DNA of 64,000 nt, taken from assembly GCA_963787255.1 (NCBI GenBank), contig CAWBCJ010000029.1, forward strand, positions 576,001-640,000. Direction: 5' to 3'. This document shows, piece by piece, positions 33,617 to 44,806 of this stretch (the first letter of the stretch is position 1; each line of letters begins with the position of its first letter). Below the pieces are notes generated by a model, which made no database searches, was not told where the DNA came from, and was given only the letters and a program-made list of their open reading frames with translations. Position numbers and translations under genes: made by a program. The stretch comes from Methanobacteriota archaeon. GTDB lineage: Archaea; Methanobacteriota; Methanobacteria; Methanobacteriales; Methanobacteriaceae.

Positions 33617-33669
33617 TATGCCTTATTTTTTTATATAATTATTTAAAATAAAAAAAGGAAATTTTTTAA

Positions 33670-33948
33670 TTATTTTATTCCATGCTGTTTTTCGTAGTTT
33701 CTCCATGATTGTGCTACTTCAGGTGCATCGCTTTCCAGGTCGTTTATTATCTCGTTTCTAAGTTCTTTAGAGCTTATTTCGTTTCGATTCATTGCAAGTT
33801 TTTCTGCATCTCTTGTAGCGTGTTCAATTGCTTTCATTTGCTTGGTTACGGTAAATCCTGCGTCTGTAACAGCACTTTCAATGGATTTCCTTAATTTTTG
33901 GGGTTTGAATTGTTCTTTTTTTCCATTTCTTTTAATAACATCTGTCAT
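33670..33948 (-). CDS. Stand-alone ATP-cone domain protein
   Basis: VIKRNGKKEQFKPQKLRKSIESA signature. Confidence 0.85.
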   Translation of the reverse strand: MTDVIKRNGKKEQFKPQKLRKSIESAVTDAGFTVTKQMKAIEHATRDAEKLAMNRNEISSKELRNEIINDLESDAPEVAQSWRNYEKQHGIK

Positions 33949-34089
33949 TTTTTTTCACCTCTCATTTTTTTAATATTATTTTAAAGTTTTTTATTACTAT
34001 GAAAAAAGAAGTATAAATATAATTTCAAACGGTAGCAAAATTAATTTTAATCAATAAACTTAAAAAATAAAAGAAAATATAATGGAATT

Positions 34090-34371
34090 TTAATATTTCA
34101 TTCCATGAGTTCTTTCGTAGTTTCTCCAGGCCTGGGCAACCTGCTGATCATCCTGTTCCAGATCCCTTAATACAGTGTCCCGTATTTGTTTAACTTCAAT
34201 TTGGTCCATTCCTCTGGCCATTTGGGTAGCATCCTGTGAGGCGTGCTCTATAATTTCTCTTTTTTCGCTAATATCGAATCCTGCATCTTTAACAGCGCCT
34301 TCTACGGACATTCTTAATTTTTCTTCTCTAAACATTTCTCTTTGGCCGTTTCTCTTTATAACATCTGTCAT
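34090..34371 (-). CDS. Stand-alone ATP-cone domain protein (tandem paralog)
   Basis: VIKRNGQREMFREEKL; GGAGGT RBS before ATG 34371; shares VAQxWRNYE..HG ending with neighbour. Confidence 0.85.
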   Translation of the reverse strand: MTDVIKRNGQREMFREEKLRMSVEGAVKDAGFDISEKREIIEHASQDATQMARGMDQIEVKQIRDTVLRDLEQDDQQVAQAWRNYERTHGMKY

Positions 34372-34576
34372 ATAATACCTCCTTAAATCGGATCGCAAAA
34401 AATGATTTTGCAATACCAATTATATTAAATTATTTTAATTTAGTATTACTTTTTTATGATCATCAAAATATAAAAGAGTTTACATTGGCCCTAGAAAAGT
34501 ATTAAAAATAAGTGATTTAAGGGAATTATTAGGCTCAAAAAAAACCATAAATTTCTGTTATATAATAATTAGAGAT

Positions 34577-36344
34577 TTAAATTCCTTTATACATCTGTAA
34601 AATTTCATCTGTAGTGGTCGCCTGTTCGGGAGACTTTTCAGCACGCCATCTAATGAAACGGGGGAACCTTAAAGCCAGCCCCTGCTTTTCAGTGCTGTTC
34701 CAGTTGCAGGTGTGAACAGGACTTTTAGTAATTTCAGATCCAAGAACTTCTACAACATATTTTGGATTAAACCAGAAATCGGGCTCCATTTCACGAGAAA
34801 CAATAGCCCTCGCGGGTTTTCGATCTACTCTTGCATCAAGAAGCTTTTGAGGCATTTTTTCCAGTTCATCATCAGAAAATCCAGTTCCCAGCTTACAAAC
34901 AGTCTGGAATGTATCATCATCAAAATTATAAGCAGCACATAAAACCGCACCATAAGTACCGCTACGCCGACCACGTCCGGAATAAGCTCCTAAAATGACT
35001 AAATCAAGGGTATCTGAGAGTTTGGACATGTATTCTTTTTTCCATTTAATCCATGTCCAGTCTCTTCCTCCAGCATGGTAAAAAGAATCTTCTGCACATG
35101 ATTTACAGACAATACCTTCCAAATTCTTATTTAAGCATTCCTGGAAGAATTCATCTATATCATCAAGGTTGGAACTGACTTTTCGATGGGCTAAAGTAAT
35201 GTACTTTGATTTTTCTATTGTTGTTTCAAGTTTTTCACGCCTTTCAGGGTAGCTTGTATGTAAATAAGATTTTCCATCAGCATAAAGAATATCAAAAAGC
35301 ATGTATCTAACTGGAATAGTTTTCTGGTATTCCACGACTTTATATTTTCTTCTTCTCTGCATTAACTCCTGGAAAGACCCAAATATATCATTTTCAAAGT
35401 CATAAGCCATTGCTTCTCCGTCTAAAATCGTTTTTTCTATTTTAACGTACTTTTTAATGTTGTCAACAAGATCAGGAAACTGTTTGGTAACATCGGTCAG
35501 TCTACGGGAAAAAAGTTTCACATTATCATGGGATTTATGTGCCTGGATTCTCTCGCCGTCAAACTTTTCCTCAGCAGAGATATCATGGGACTTGATTTTA
35601 TGGCGTATTTCTTCAAATTTAGATACTCTTTGGGCCAGCATGGCTTTAATAGGCCGGTTAATGGTAATTTTTATATTTTTTACTCCTTTTAATCCACTTT
35701 CCTTTAAAACCTTTGCCACAAATCCTATATCTGAGCTAATGTTGTAGGCATGTTCAAGTTCTGTTTTTTTCTTTTTAGAACCAAAAAATGAGACTGACAA
35801 AGCGTTAAGAATGGTCATATCTCCTGCACCAAGCCTCATAGTGCCTTCAGCAAATCTAGCTATGTATTTTTTACCAATTTCACAGGCTTCAATAAGCATT
35901 GAAGCCAAAGTTCTGATTTTAATTTCTTGGGATCCCTTTCCTCTTGTTAAAGCGATTTTTCTAAAACCTTCAAATACATCCTTAACAGATAGTTCTCCTT
36001 TATAATCAAAATAATCTTTAAATGGATTGGGTCCCTTTTTAATCATTTGAGCGGCTACTTGCCCAATATCGCCAATGTTGCGAGTTTTTTCTTCAACTTC
36101 ACTTTTGGGAGTACTGCTTGCAAGTGATATTGCTGATTGAACCGTTTTTTCGCTTAAACCAAGCACAATATCCTCATATCCTGGTGCAATTCTGCCCATC
36201 AGCAGGTAGCAAATTTCATCTATCTCATGAGACACCTGATTTTTTAAAAATAGCAGCTAGAATGTCAACCATTTCATTTTGTGAGCTTGTTTTTTCAAGC
36301 ATTTCCAAATTCTTTGCAAATTCTTCGAATTTAATTTTTATCAC
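34577..36344 (-). CDS. Second full-length ATP-dependent DNA ligase (frameshift near 36240)
   Basis: KFEEFAKNLEMLEKTSS N-terminus in alternate frame; AMLAQ, EEKFDGER, DGEA, EGIVCK, WIKWK, LRFPRF. Confidence 0.9.
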
Positions 36345-37282
36345 CTGAATCTTTCAGGTAAATTCTTTTCAAATTGGTTCAGATTTTCAATAATGTTTGG
36401 GGGTTTACAATTTACCAGTTTTTTTGCTAAATCTTCCTCATAAAGCATTTTTTCCTTTAGAGGCAAAGATACTCCGTCTATGGTTTTTGCATCTTTCATG
36501 TGCAGAGAACCTAATGGAACACGGCTTAACTTACCTGAAGGGGTCTGTGATGGGTCTATATTAATCGAATTTCCACGTCTTTCGTGACCGCCCACAACTC
36601 TAAATTCTACCTGCTCATCAACCTTTTTAGCCCATTTACCGGTGAAATTACGTTCTGGGTCCTGCTTTGAATACTGGAAATATTTTTCATAGAATGAATT
36701 TGGTTTAGTTTCATCTAAAAAGAAGAAAACGTGGAATGAATTACCAGTCCAGCTAATAAATGGCTCAAAGTTTTCCATAAGTTCTTCAAATTCATTATCT
36801 TCATTTATAGTTTCAATAAACAAACGTGTGGCTTTCTGGACCTGTTCCGCAGAAATTCCTTCGACTCTGTCTATATCAAAGAATATACGATCTATTTCTT
36901 TACCAGGGCCTTCAGAGTTGGTGGCGTAAAAGAAATCTGCAAGTTTTCTAGGGAGAAAATACTGCCAAACTTTATTTTGGATATCATCCAACTCTTTTTT
37001 TGCATCTTTTAGATGTTCTTCTCTTGATCTAAGCTCTAAAAATTCTAAATCAACGGCTTCTATAAGTTCGTCCACGTATAAAGGCTTTAATTTGGACCCT
37101 CTTTTAAGTAAATATCTTACTTTTCCACGGGGCATCCATATCTTGCCTGCAAGTTCTTTATCCTTTAAATATTTCTTTAATTTTGTTGCAGAAACTGCAT
37201 ATAGCAGTAAAACGTCAATTTCTCCAAAAGGAGTTATCAATTTATCTAGATTTTTTTTGGCAAAGTTTAAAAGTGATGTCAT
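36341..37282 (-). CDS. Divergent archaeo-eukaryotic primase (AEP) superfamily protein, putative primase-polymerase
   Basis: Motif I FFDID, motif II WTGNSFH, motif III NIDP..RVPLGSLH; stop abuts or overlaps the ligase start. Confidence 0.68.
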   Translation of the reverse strand: MTSLLNFAKKNLDKLITPFGEIDVLLLYAVSATKLKKYLKDKELAGKIWMPRGKVRYLLKRGSKLKPLYVDELIEAVDLEFLELRSREEHLKDAKKELDDIQNKVWQYFLPRKLADFFYATNSEGPGKEIDRIFFDIDRVEGISAEQVQKATRLFIETINEDNEFEELMENFEPFISWTGNSFHVFFFLDETKPNSFYEKYFQYSKQDPERNFTGKWAKKVDEQVEFRVVGGHERRGNSINIDPSQTPSGKLSRVPLGSLHMKDAKTIDGVSLPLKEKMLYEEDLAKKLVNCKPPNIIENLNQFEKNLPERFR

Positions 37283-37468
37283 AAAAATCAGCTCAATAAA
37301 GATTCAAGCTAATATATTATTATTAGTTAAATAATATTTATTATTTTCTTTTTAATAATTCAAAAATAGATGAAGATTTAAATTAAATATCATTAAAAAT
37401 GGAAAAGTCAAAATTATCTTAAAAATAGGCTTTATTAACCAAAATAAGAGTTTAATGAAATAATTAAT

Positions 37469-37978
37469 TTATACAAATTTTTTGAAACGTTCCTTTCCCA
37501 CTTTACATATTGGACATACCTCGGGTGGTTCTGCTCTTGCACATAGATATCCACAGACACTGCATCTAAATATTGGGAATTCAAGTGAAGATATTACTCC
37601 TCCAGATGGTTCTCCTTTCATTTGTTCTCGCTCTTGAGGCGCTGGTCTCCTTTCGGGGATAGATGTTAACTCTTTTTTACCCTTTAAAATATCTCCTGAA
37701 ACATAGAGGCCGCAGTAACATGTATTATATTCATTTAAATCTGGATCTCTGTAATCGCAGGGGCAGATAATATCCAGGTCTTCTTCTTTATTTCCTGATG
37801 CAAGCCTACAAGGACAAGCGCCGTAACCATATCGCTTATCATTTAATAATATATTTTTTAAAAGATATTTAGTGAATTCTACATCAGGATTCAGGTGGTA
37901 ACCGTGGGCTTCAACATCTTTTTTGACTTTTTGGTAGAATTTTTCCAGCTCTCCATCACTAATGTCATTAAAGCTCAT
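37469..37978 (-). CDS. Ferredoxin:disulfide reductase (FTR catalytic domain plus rubredoxin-like domain)
   Basis: CPCR, CPC, CYCGL; C-terminal CSVC...CPIC. Confidence 0.9.
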   Translation of the reverse strand: MSFNDISDGELEKFYQKVKKDVEAHGYHLNPDVEFTKYLLKNILLNDKRYGYGACPCRLASGNKEEDLDIICPCDYRDPDLNEYNTCYCGLYVSGDILKGKKELTSIPERRPAPQEREQMKGEPSGGVISSLEFPIFRCSVCGYLCARAEPPEVCPICKVGKERFKKFV

Positions 37979-38256
37979 TGAAGTTTCTCCCTTATTTCAT
38001 CCTCTTTAAATCCTGTAATAACGTCTTCATTATTAATTACAACAGTGGGGAATGAAAGTTGAGGGTTCCATTTTTGTACTTCATTTATAACCTCCGATCT
38101 CTCATCGCCGGTTAAAAGATCAACATAGATATATTTAAAATCAATTCCTAATTCTTCAAGAAGCATTCTAGTCTTTTTGCACCATCCACATGTACTTAAA
38201 GCAAAAAGAACAACTTCTCCTTTGTTTTTTCCTTCAACATGTTCCATTTTCACCAT
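37975..38256 (-). CDS. Glutaredoxin-like protein (methanoredoxin type)
   Basis: LSTCGWCKK, SFPT; ATGA overlap with the reductase. Confidence 0.88.
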   Translation of the reverse strand: MVKMEHVEGKNKGEVVLFALSTCGWCKKTRMLLEELGIDFKYIYVDLLTGDERSEVINEVQKWNPQLSFPTVVINNEDVITGFKEDEIREKLQ

Positions 38257-38384
38257 GATCACTCCTAATATTACTCTATAAATTAAGATTTGTAATAAGA
38301 TATACAAATAACTATTTAATTATGAAATAAAACCAGAATTTTATCTGTTCAAGAAATAGAATTTTTTAATAAAATAATGTAAAG

Positions 38385-38567
38385 TTATTCTATTATCTTT
38401 TCAATTATGGATCCGCATCCAGGACATTCAAAAACTTCTAACCATCCAGTGGGATAGTCATACTCATCTATTTTTATTAATCCGCCAGATCCACAAGTTG
38501 GACATGAATCAGAGGAGTAACCACCTGTTTTTCGCATCATATTTAATCTGGATCTCATAATAATCAC
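38385..38567 (-). CDS. Small CPxCG zinc-ribbon protein
   Basis: CPTCG...CPGCG; GGTGAT RBS; exact start uncertain. Confidence 0.6.
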   Translation of the reverse strand: MIIMRSRLNMMRKTGGYSSDSCPTCGSGGLIKIDEYDYPTGWLEVFECPGCGSIIEKIIE

Positions 38568-38691
38568 CAGTAATACTATTTGTATGTTTTAGTATTTTAT
38601 TTTTTCGAAGTGAGATCATAGTATTATTAAAAAATAAAATAATTAATACAAAAATAATAGAACCATAGATTAAAATAAAAATAAGAAGCTT

Positions 38692-39966
38692 TTAACCTAA
38701 ATTATCCCTTACAATCCTTAAAGCGCAAAATTCACCGCACATGGTGCACATATCTCCAGGAGTAGATTTACTTTCCCTGTATTTACGTGGTGTTTCACTA
38801 TCGAAGGCAAGTTCAAACTGTTTTTCCCAATCAAAACATCTTCTAGCCTTGGCCATTTGAAGTTCATTTTTCCAGGCGCTTTTTATTCCATTTGCCACGT
38901 CAGCAGCCTGTGCAGCGATTTTAGACGCAACTACACCTTCTTTTACCGCTTCAACATCGGGAATGGAAAGATGTTCTCTTGGAGTAACATAACAGAGGAA
39001 ATCTGCCCCTGAAGACGCAGCTATTGCCCCGCCGATTGCAGAAGTTATGTGATCATAGCCAGGAGCAAGATCAGTTACTATAGGGCCTAAAACATAAAAT
39101 GGAGCTCCTTTACAGATCGTTTTTTGAATTTTCATGTTTGCTTGAATTTGATCAATTGGAACGTGCCCTGGACCTTCTACCATTACCTGAACTCCTGCCT
39201 CTCTTGCCCTTTCAACAAGCTGGCCAAGTATAATGAGTTCCTGCATTTGGGGAATGTCTGAAGCGTCTGCAAGACATCCTGGCCTTAAACCGTCGCCTAA
39301 ACTAAGTGTAACATCGTATTCTCTTGCCACTTCAAGTAAATAATCATAATTTCTGTAAAGCGGGTTTTCTTCTTCGTTTTGAAGTATCCATGCTGCTAAA
39401 AATGCTCCTCCACGGCTTACAATACCCATAATTCTTTCAGATTTCTTCACTTTTTCCACGGTGTCTTTAGTTATTCCACTGTGGATGGTCATAAAATCAA
39501 CCCCTTCTTTGGCCTGATTTATTATGGCATTGAACATGTCGTCTTCATCCATGTTTATAACTGCCCTTTTTTCTTCTGAAGCGCCTACAGCAGCCTCATA
39601 TATGGGTACGGTTCCAATAGGGACATTAATTGACTGCATAATCTTTTGGCGAACTAATTTTAAATTAGGACCGGTACTCAAGTCCATTACTGCATCAGCA
39701 CCGTATTCCACAGCTATTTTTGCTTTTTTAACTTCTGTTTCTATATCTTCTATTTCTGAAGACGATCCAACATTAGCATTAATTTTAGTGGTTAATCCTT
39801 TTCCAATACCTTTAGGAACAGTTTTACTGTTTAAATTCTTTGGAATTGTAATATATCCTTTTGATATTCTTCTTATAAGCTTTTGAACGTCAATATTTTC
39901 TTCTTTGGCGACTATTTCCATTTCACCGGTGATTTGACCTTTTCTGGCGGATTCTAATTGAGTCAC
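38692..39966 (-). CDS. thiC: Phosphomethylpyrimidine synthase ThiC family
   Basis: KINANVG, MDLSTG, SRGG, LGDGLRPG, EGPGH, GYDH, CTMCGEFC. Confidence 0.9.
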   Translation of the reverse strand: MTQLESARKGQITGEMEIVAKEENIDVQKLIRRISKGYITIPKNLNSKTVPKGIGKGLTTKINANVGSSSEIEDIETEVKKAKIAVEYGADAVMDLSTGPNLKLVRQKIMQSINVPIGTVPIYEAAVGASEEKRAVINMDEDDMFNAIINQAKEGVDFMTIHSGITKDTVEKVKKSERIMGIVSRGGAFLAAWILQNEEENPLYRNYDYLLEVAREYDVTLSLGDGLRPGCLADASDIPQMQELIILGQLVERAREAGVQVMVEGPGHVPIDQIQANMKIQKTICKGAPFYVLGPIVTDLAPGYDHITSAIGGAIAASSGADFLCYVTPREHLSIPDVEAVKEGVVASKIAAQAADVANGIKSAWKNELQMAKARRCFDWEKQFELAFDSETPRKYRESKSTPGDMCTMCGEFCALRIVRDNLG

Positions 39967-40081
39967 TTTTTATCCCTCGTGGTAAAAAAATTTAGATATA
40001 AAATAATTGTAAACACCTTAAATTTGTATTATGATTTTTCTTTCCTTATCTTAATATATAACTTAAAATACATTAAATTCT

Positions 40082-40459
40082 ATGATTAAAAAGCTAAATG
40101 CAGAGGACATAATGATTTCAGATGTTCATGTAACATCCCCAAATGACCTTGTTGCAGCCGCTAAATTGAAAATGATGCGTTGTAATGTGGGAGGATTGCC
40201 TGTTGTGGATGATAAGAAGCTCGTGGGAATTATAACTCATCGAGATGTCCTTTTAGCAGGTGGAGAGGCTCTTGGACTTAAAGTAAATGATCTTATGACT
40301 AAAGATCTTTACGTAGCAAATAAAGATACTCCTATTCTTGATATTACAAAGACAATGGCAGATAAAGGCTATCAAAGAATCCCTGTAGTTGAAAATGGGA
40401 ATCTAATCGGCCTTATAACTCAAAGCTCCCTTATACGTGCACTTGCAGGGTTGGATTAG
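40082..40459 (+). CDS. CBS domain pair protein
   Basis: LPVVD..LVGIIT..D and IPVVE..LIGLIT. Confidence 0.9.
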   Translation: MIKKLNAEDIMISDVHVTSPNDLVAAAKLKMMRCNVGGLPVVDDKKLVGIITHRDVLLAGGEALGLKVNDLMTKDLYVANKDTPILDITKTMADKGYQRIPVVENGNLIGLITQSSLIRALAGLD

Positions 40460-40502
40460 CATCTAATATTTTTAAATATTAAAAAGAAATCAATTTTTAT
40501 TT

Positions 40503-41342
40503 TCAAATTAAAGGATCAGGTATTTTAGCGTCAGGTTTATCTTTTAATCCACCAATTTTTTCTATTCTTATTTTTAAAAAGTTTTTTCCAGCATCCGTAA
40601 CTCCGTAAATAGGTATGGAAGATCCTGCCTTGAAAACATGTCTTTTCTCACCAACTTCTCTTACATATTTAGAAGCACAGCCCGTTACAACATCAGCATT
40701 ATCAAATAAAGATTCTGCATCTCCTAGGGACATTTCGCTGACATGAGCAGCGAATATATAAATTTTAACATCTTTATGCTCATTTTCAATTTCTCTGAGC
40801 TTTTTAGCATCATCCGGAGATAATATCGTAACTGCTATATTTTTGTAGCCCATTTCAATGGCCTTTAATGCTCCTTTAATTTGATTGATTTCAGCACTTT
40901 CAGGATCAAGGACGTTATGGACCCCTACAGTATCTATAATTTTTATAATGGGGGATGTGCTTAAAAAAGCAGATATACGACCGGCCATGCCCTGAACAAA
41001 CTCAGGATCAGTCACAATTACCGTTCCGCATCCTTCACTAACAATAACAGCACAATCAATTATATTTTCATCAAGAAGAGTACCCAGTGTTTCTGATACT
41101 CCAAAGGATAAAAAATCCTTCATTTTAAGCTTTCTCTGTGGAGTACACATTCCAAAATCATGAATCCTAAATTCTATATTTTCTTTGGCTGCTTCAGGAG
41201 TGATCTCTTTAATTCCCCTATATTTATCAAAAAGAGGACAATAATTGATTTTTGGCTCTCCAACTTCCACAACTTTCCCTTTTCTTACAATAATTCTTGT
41301 TTTTCCAAGTGCTTCAATCACATGTTCGTCTTCTTTTACCAT
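40503..41342 (-). CDS. Methanogenesis marker protein 8 (DUF2099)
   Basis: EHVIEALG, YCPLF, DFGMCT, FGVSE, GCGT, CASK. Confidence 0.88.
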   Translation of the reverse strand: MVKEDEHVIEALGKTRIIVRKGKVVEVGEPKINYCPLFDKYRGIKEITPEAAKENIEFRIHDFGMCTPQRKLKMKDFLSFGVSETLGTLLDENIIDCAVIVSEGCGTVIVTDPEFVQGMAGRISAFLSTSPIIKIIDTVGVHNVLDPESAEINQIKGALKAIEMGYKNIAVTILSPDDAKKLREIENEHKDVKIYIFAAHVSEMSLGDAESLFDNADVVTGCASKYVREVGEKRHVFKAGSSIPIYGVTDAGKNFLKIRIEKIGGLKDKPDAKIPDPLI

Positions 41343-41504
41343 GTAGCCACCATTTAAAAAAATTTGTTTATCATTTTCAATTTATAATGGTAATTATATT
41401 TAATTTCATGGATTAAATTATTAAGCAGTACAGATGAATATGTAACTAAAGAAGATTTTTTTCTAAATTTTTATAAATACATTAATGATAAAAAGAGTGA
41501 TTTT

Positions 41505-42818
41505 ATGAGTTACAAGGGAGCTTCCAAGGCATTTTTAGAATCAGCAGGTATTTCTATTGGTGACAGTGTTAAAATAATTAAGAAGGATATTTGTTATGAA
41601 GGTATGATTTTGGATAGGTCAGAAGATGCAGATGATAAACACGTGGTTTTAAAACTTGAAAATGGTTATAATATTGGTTTAGAGATAACCAATGCAGAAA
41701 TAGAACTCGTTAAAAAGGGTGAAAAACCAAAAATTGAATTAAAACATCTTAAAATTGAAAAAAATCTTAATAAACATGATATATCAATTATATCTACTGG
41801 CGGAACTGTTGCATCGGTTATTGATTATAAAACTGGGGCTGTTCACCCGGCATTTACTGCAGATGACCTTATTCGGGCAAATCCCGAACTTATGGAACAT
41901 GCAAATATTAAAGGAAACGCAGTTTTGAACATTTTAAGCGAAAACATGAAACCAGAATACTGGGTTAAATCAGCCAGGGCAGTGGCAGACGAAATAAACG
42001 ATGGAGCTCAGGGTGTTGTTGTTGCGCATGGAACAGACACCATGCATTACACTGCAGCGGCATTAAGCTTTATTTTGGACACTCCAGTTCCGGTAGTAAT
42101 TACAGGAGCACAGAGAAGCTCTGATAGGCCATCATCCGATGCATTTTTAAATCTACTAAATTCTGTAACTGCTGCTAAATCGGACATTGCGGAGGTAATG
42201 GTTTGCATGCATGCAACAGAAAATGACTCTTTCTGCCTTTTACATCAAGGAACTAAAGTGAGAAAGATGCATTCGACAAGAAGAGATGCTTTTAGAAGTA
42301 TAAATGTTTCTCCAATTGCAAAGGTTCAAAATGGCAGTGTTAGGATCCTGGATAAAGAAATGAAATATAATAAAAGAAATGAGACAGAATTAAAGCTTCA
42401 TGATTCAATTGAACCTAATGTAGCATTTATTAAGAGCTATCCTGGAATTTCTGGAGAGTTAATTGACTACCATGTGGATAAAGGATATAAAGGGATTCTT
42501 TTAGAAGGAACGGGGCTTGGACACTGTCCAGAGGATATAGTTCCTTCCTTGGAGCGTGCTAAAGACAGCGGAATACCCGTAGTAATGACTTCTCAGTGTC
42601 TTTATGGAGAAGTTAATATGCATGTTTATAGTACTGGAAGAAAGCTTATATCTGCTGGTGTGATTTCTGCAGGGGATATTCTGCCTGAAACTGCTTTTGT
42701 AAAGCTCATATGGGCTCTTGGGCAGACAGATGACATAAAAGAGATCAAAAATATAATGAAGACTAATATTGCAGGAGAAATTCAAGACAAATTGTCTTTA
42801 AAATATTTTTTAGTATAA
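41505..42818 (+). CDS. gatD: Glutamyl-tRNA(Gln) amidotransferase subunit D
   Basis: [36 protein letters not shown]. Confidence 0.96.
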   Translation: MSYKGASKAFLESAGISIGDSVKIIKKDICYEGMILDRSEDADDKHVVLKLENGYNIGLEITNAEIELVKKGEKPKIELKHLKIEKNLNKHDISIISTGGTVASVIDYKTGAVHPAFTADDLIRANPELMEHANIKGNAVLNILSENMKPEYWVKSARAVADEINDGAQGVVVAHGTDTMHYTAAALSFILDTPVPVVITGAQRSSDRPSSDAFLNLLNSVTAAKSDIAEVMVCMHATENDSFCLLHQGTKVRKMHSTRRDAFRSINVSPIAKVQNGSVRILDKEMKYNKRNETELKLHDSIEPNVAFIKSYPGISGELIDYHVDKGYKGILLEGTGLGHCPEDIVPSLERAKDSGIPVVMTSQCLYGEVNMHVYSTGRKLISAGVISAGDILPETAFVKLIWALGQTDDIKEIKNIMKTNIAGEIQDKLSLKYFLV

Positions 42819-42838
42819 TGAAACTTATGGTGATTTAA

Positions 42839-44708
42839 ATGTTTGATTATGAAAAACTTGGACTTAAAATGGGTCTTGAAGTACACCAACAATTAAATAC
42901 GAATGAAAAGCTTTTCTGCCCATGCAAATGCAATTTAACTGATAAAAAACCAGAATTTAAGATTTTAAGGAACCTCAGGCCAACACAGAGCGAGCTTGGG
43001 AAAATTGACAGAGCAGCATTTGAAGAGTCAAGAAGGAAATTAAATTTTATTTACGAAGCATATACTCATGAAACATGCCTTGTCGAAGCAGATGAAGAGC
43101 CACCTCACCCTTTAAACTTAGAAGCACTTGAAATATCTCTTATATTGGCAAGCTTACTTAACATGCATGTTGTAGACGAATTTCACCTCATGAGAAAGCA
43201 GGTTATTGATGGAAGTAACACTGGAGGTTTTCAAAGGACAGGATTAGTTGCAACCGAAGGAATTCTTGAAACAGAGTACGGTGAAGTTGTAATTGAGAAC
43301 CTTTGTCTGGAAGAAGATGCTGCTAGAAGAATAGGGCATGAAAAAGGCATGGTTACATTTAGACTGGACAGACTTGGAATTCCTCTTGTAGAAATAACTA
43401 CATCTCCCTCAATGAAACATCCAGAGCAAGTAAAGGATGTAGCATATCAAATTGGTCAAATATTAAGAAGTACTAAAGTTAAAAGAGGTTTAGGCACTAT
43501 ACGTCAGGATTTAAACATTTCAATTAAGGAAGGCGCAAGGGTGGAAATAAAAGGAGTTCAAGAATCTTGATCTAATGCCAAAAATGGTTGAAAATGAAGT
43601 TAAAAGGCAAATAAATCTTTTAAAAATAAGAGATGAACTACTGAAAAGAGATGCATCAGTTGAAGATGACTTGTACGATTTGACAGATGTTTTAAGTGAA
43701 ACAAGCTCTAAAATCATATCAAAAGCTGAAAGTGTCTTTGCAATTAAACTTAACGGATTTAGAGGATTAATTGGGATGGAAATACAGCCGGGAAGAAGAT
43801 TTGGAACAGAACTTGCAGTATACGCTAAAAAAATGGGAGTATCTGGCCTTTTCCATACAGACGAGCTACCAGCATATGGAATCACAGGAAGTGAAGTAGC
43901 AGCCTTAAATGATTTTATGGGCATTGGTGAAGAAGATGCATTTATTTTAGTTGCTGATAATCTCGAAAAGGTTGAAAATGCCCTGCAGGAAGTCCAAAGA
44001 AGGGCAAGAATGGCTTTAAAAGGAGTACCTGAAGAAACACGAAAAGTAACGCCTGAAGGAAACACTGAATACTTGAGACCTCTTCCCACAGCAAGTAGAA
44101 TGTACGTTGAAACGGATATTCCGGCCAAAAGTATATCCCGCGGCTTGCTTGAAGATATTAAAGCTAATTTACCCGAACTTCCAGAAGAAAAAAAAGCTAG
44201 AATAATTAAAGAGTACAATTTAAGCGAAGATCTTGCAGCACAGCTTGTAAGGACTGATAGAGTAAATAGTTTCGAAGAAATTAAAGCAGAAACAAATGCA
44301 GACTCTACAACGCTTGCTTCAACGCTTGCTTACACTTTAAAAGAATTAAAAAGAGATGGATGTTCTGTAGAGGAACTAAACAATAATGCAATGGTTGAGG
44401 CATTCAATCTTTTAGGAAATAGTAAAATTTCTAAGGATGCAATCCCTCAAATTCTGGAAAATGTATGTAAAAAAGGTAATTCGCCACAAAAAGCAGCAGA
44501 AAGTCTTAATTTGATCATGCTATCTGCAGAGGATGTTGAAAAGATAATAATTGAGATAGTAGAGTCCAATAAAGCAATGGTGGATGATCGTGGAATGGGT
44601 GCAATGGGGCCGCTCATGGGAGTGGCAATGAAAAAACTTAAGGGAAAGGCCGACGGTAAGCTGGTGAATAAACTTTTGAAAGATAAAATACAGAATATAA
44701 TAAGTTGA
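42839..44708 (+). CDS. gatE: Glutamyl-tRNA(Gln) amidotransferase subunit E (frameshift near 43563)
   Basis: [32 protein letters not shown]; removing one A gives ..GVQDLDLMPK..; RMYVETD, Yqey tail. Confidence 0.94.
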
Positions 44709-44806
44709 ATATCAAATCTAAAAAAAGACTTAAATGAAAAAAATAAAAAGCATTTAAATTATTAAGAAAAGCCATATTTTAGATAATAAAACATTATGGT
44801 GATAAA

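Noticed and set aside
39967-40081. TPP riboswitch upstream of thiC
   Set aside because: Short AT-rich divergent promoter with no CTGAGA core or stems
43555-43580. Programmed frameshifting in gatE (likewise lig, glmM)
   Set aside because: No shared slippery heptamer or stimulatory structure; indels are scattered over unrelated genes, fitting sequencing error
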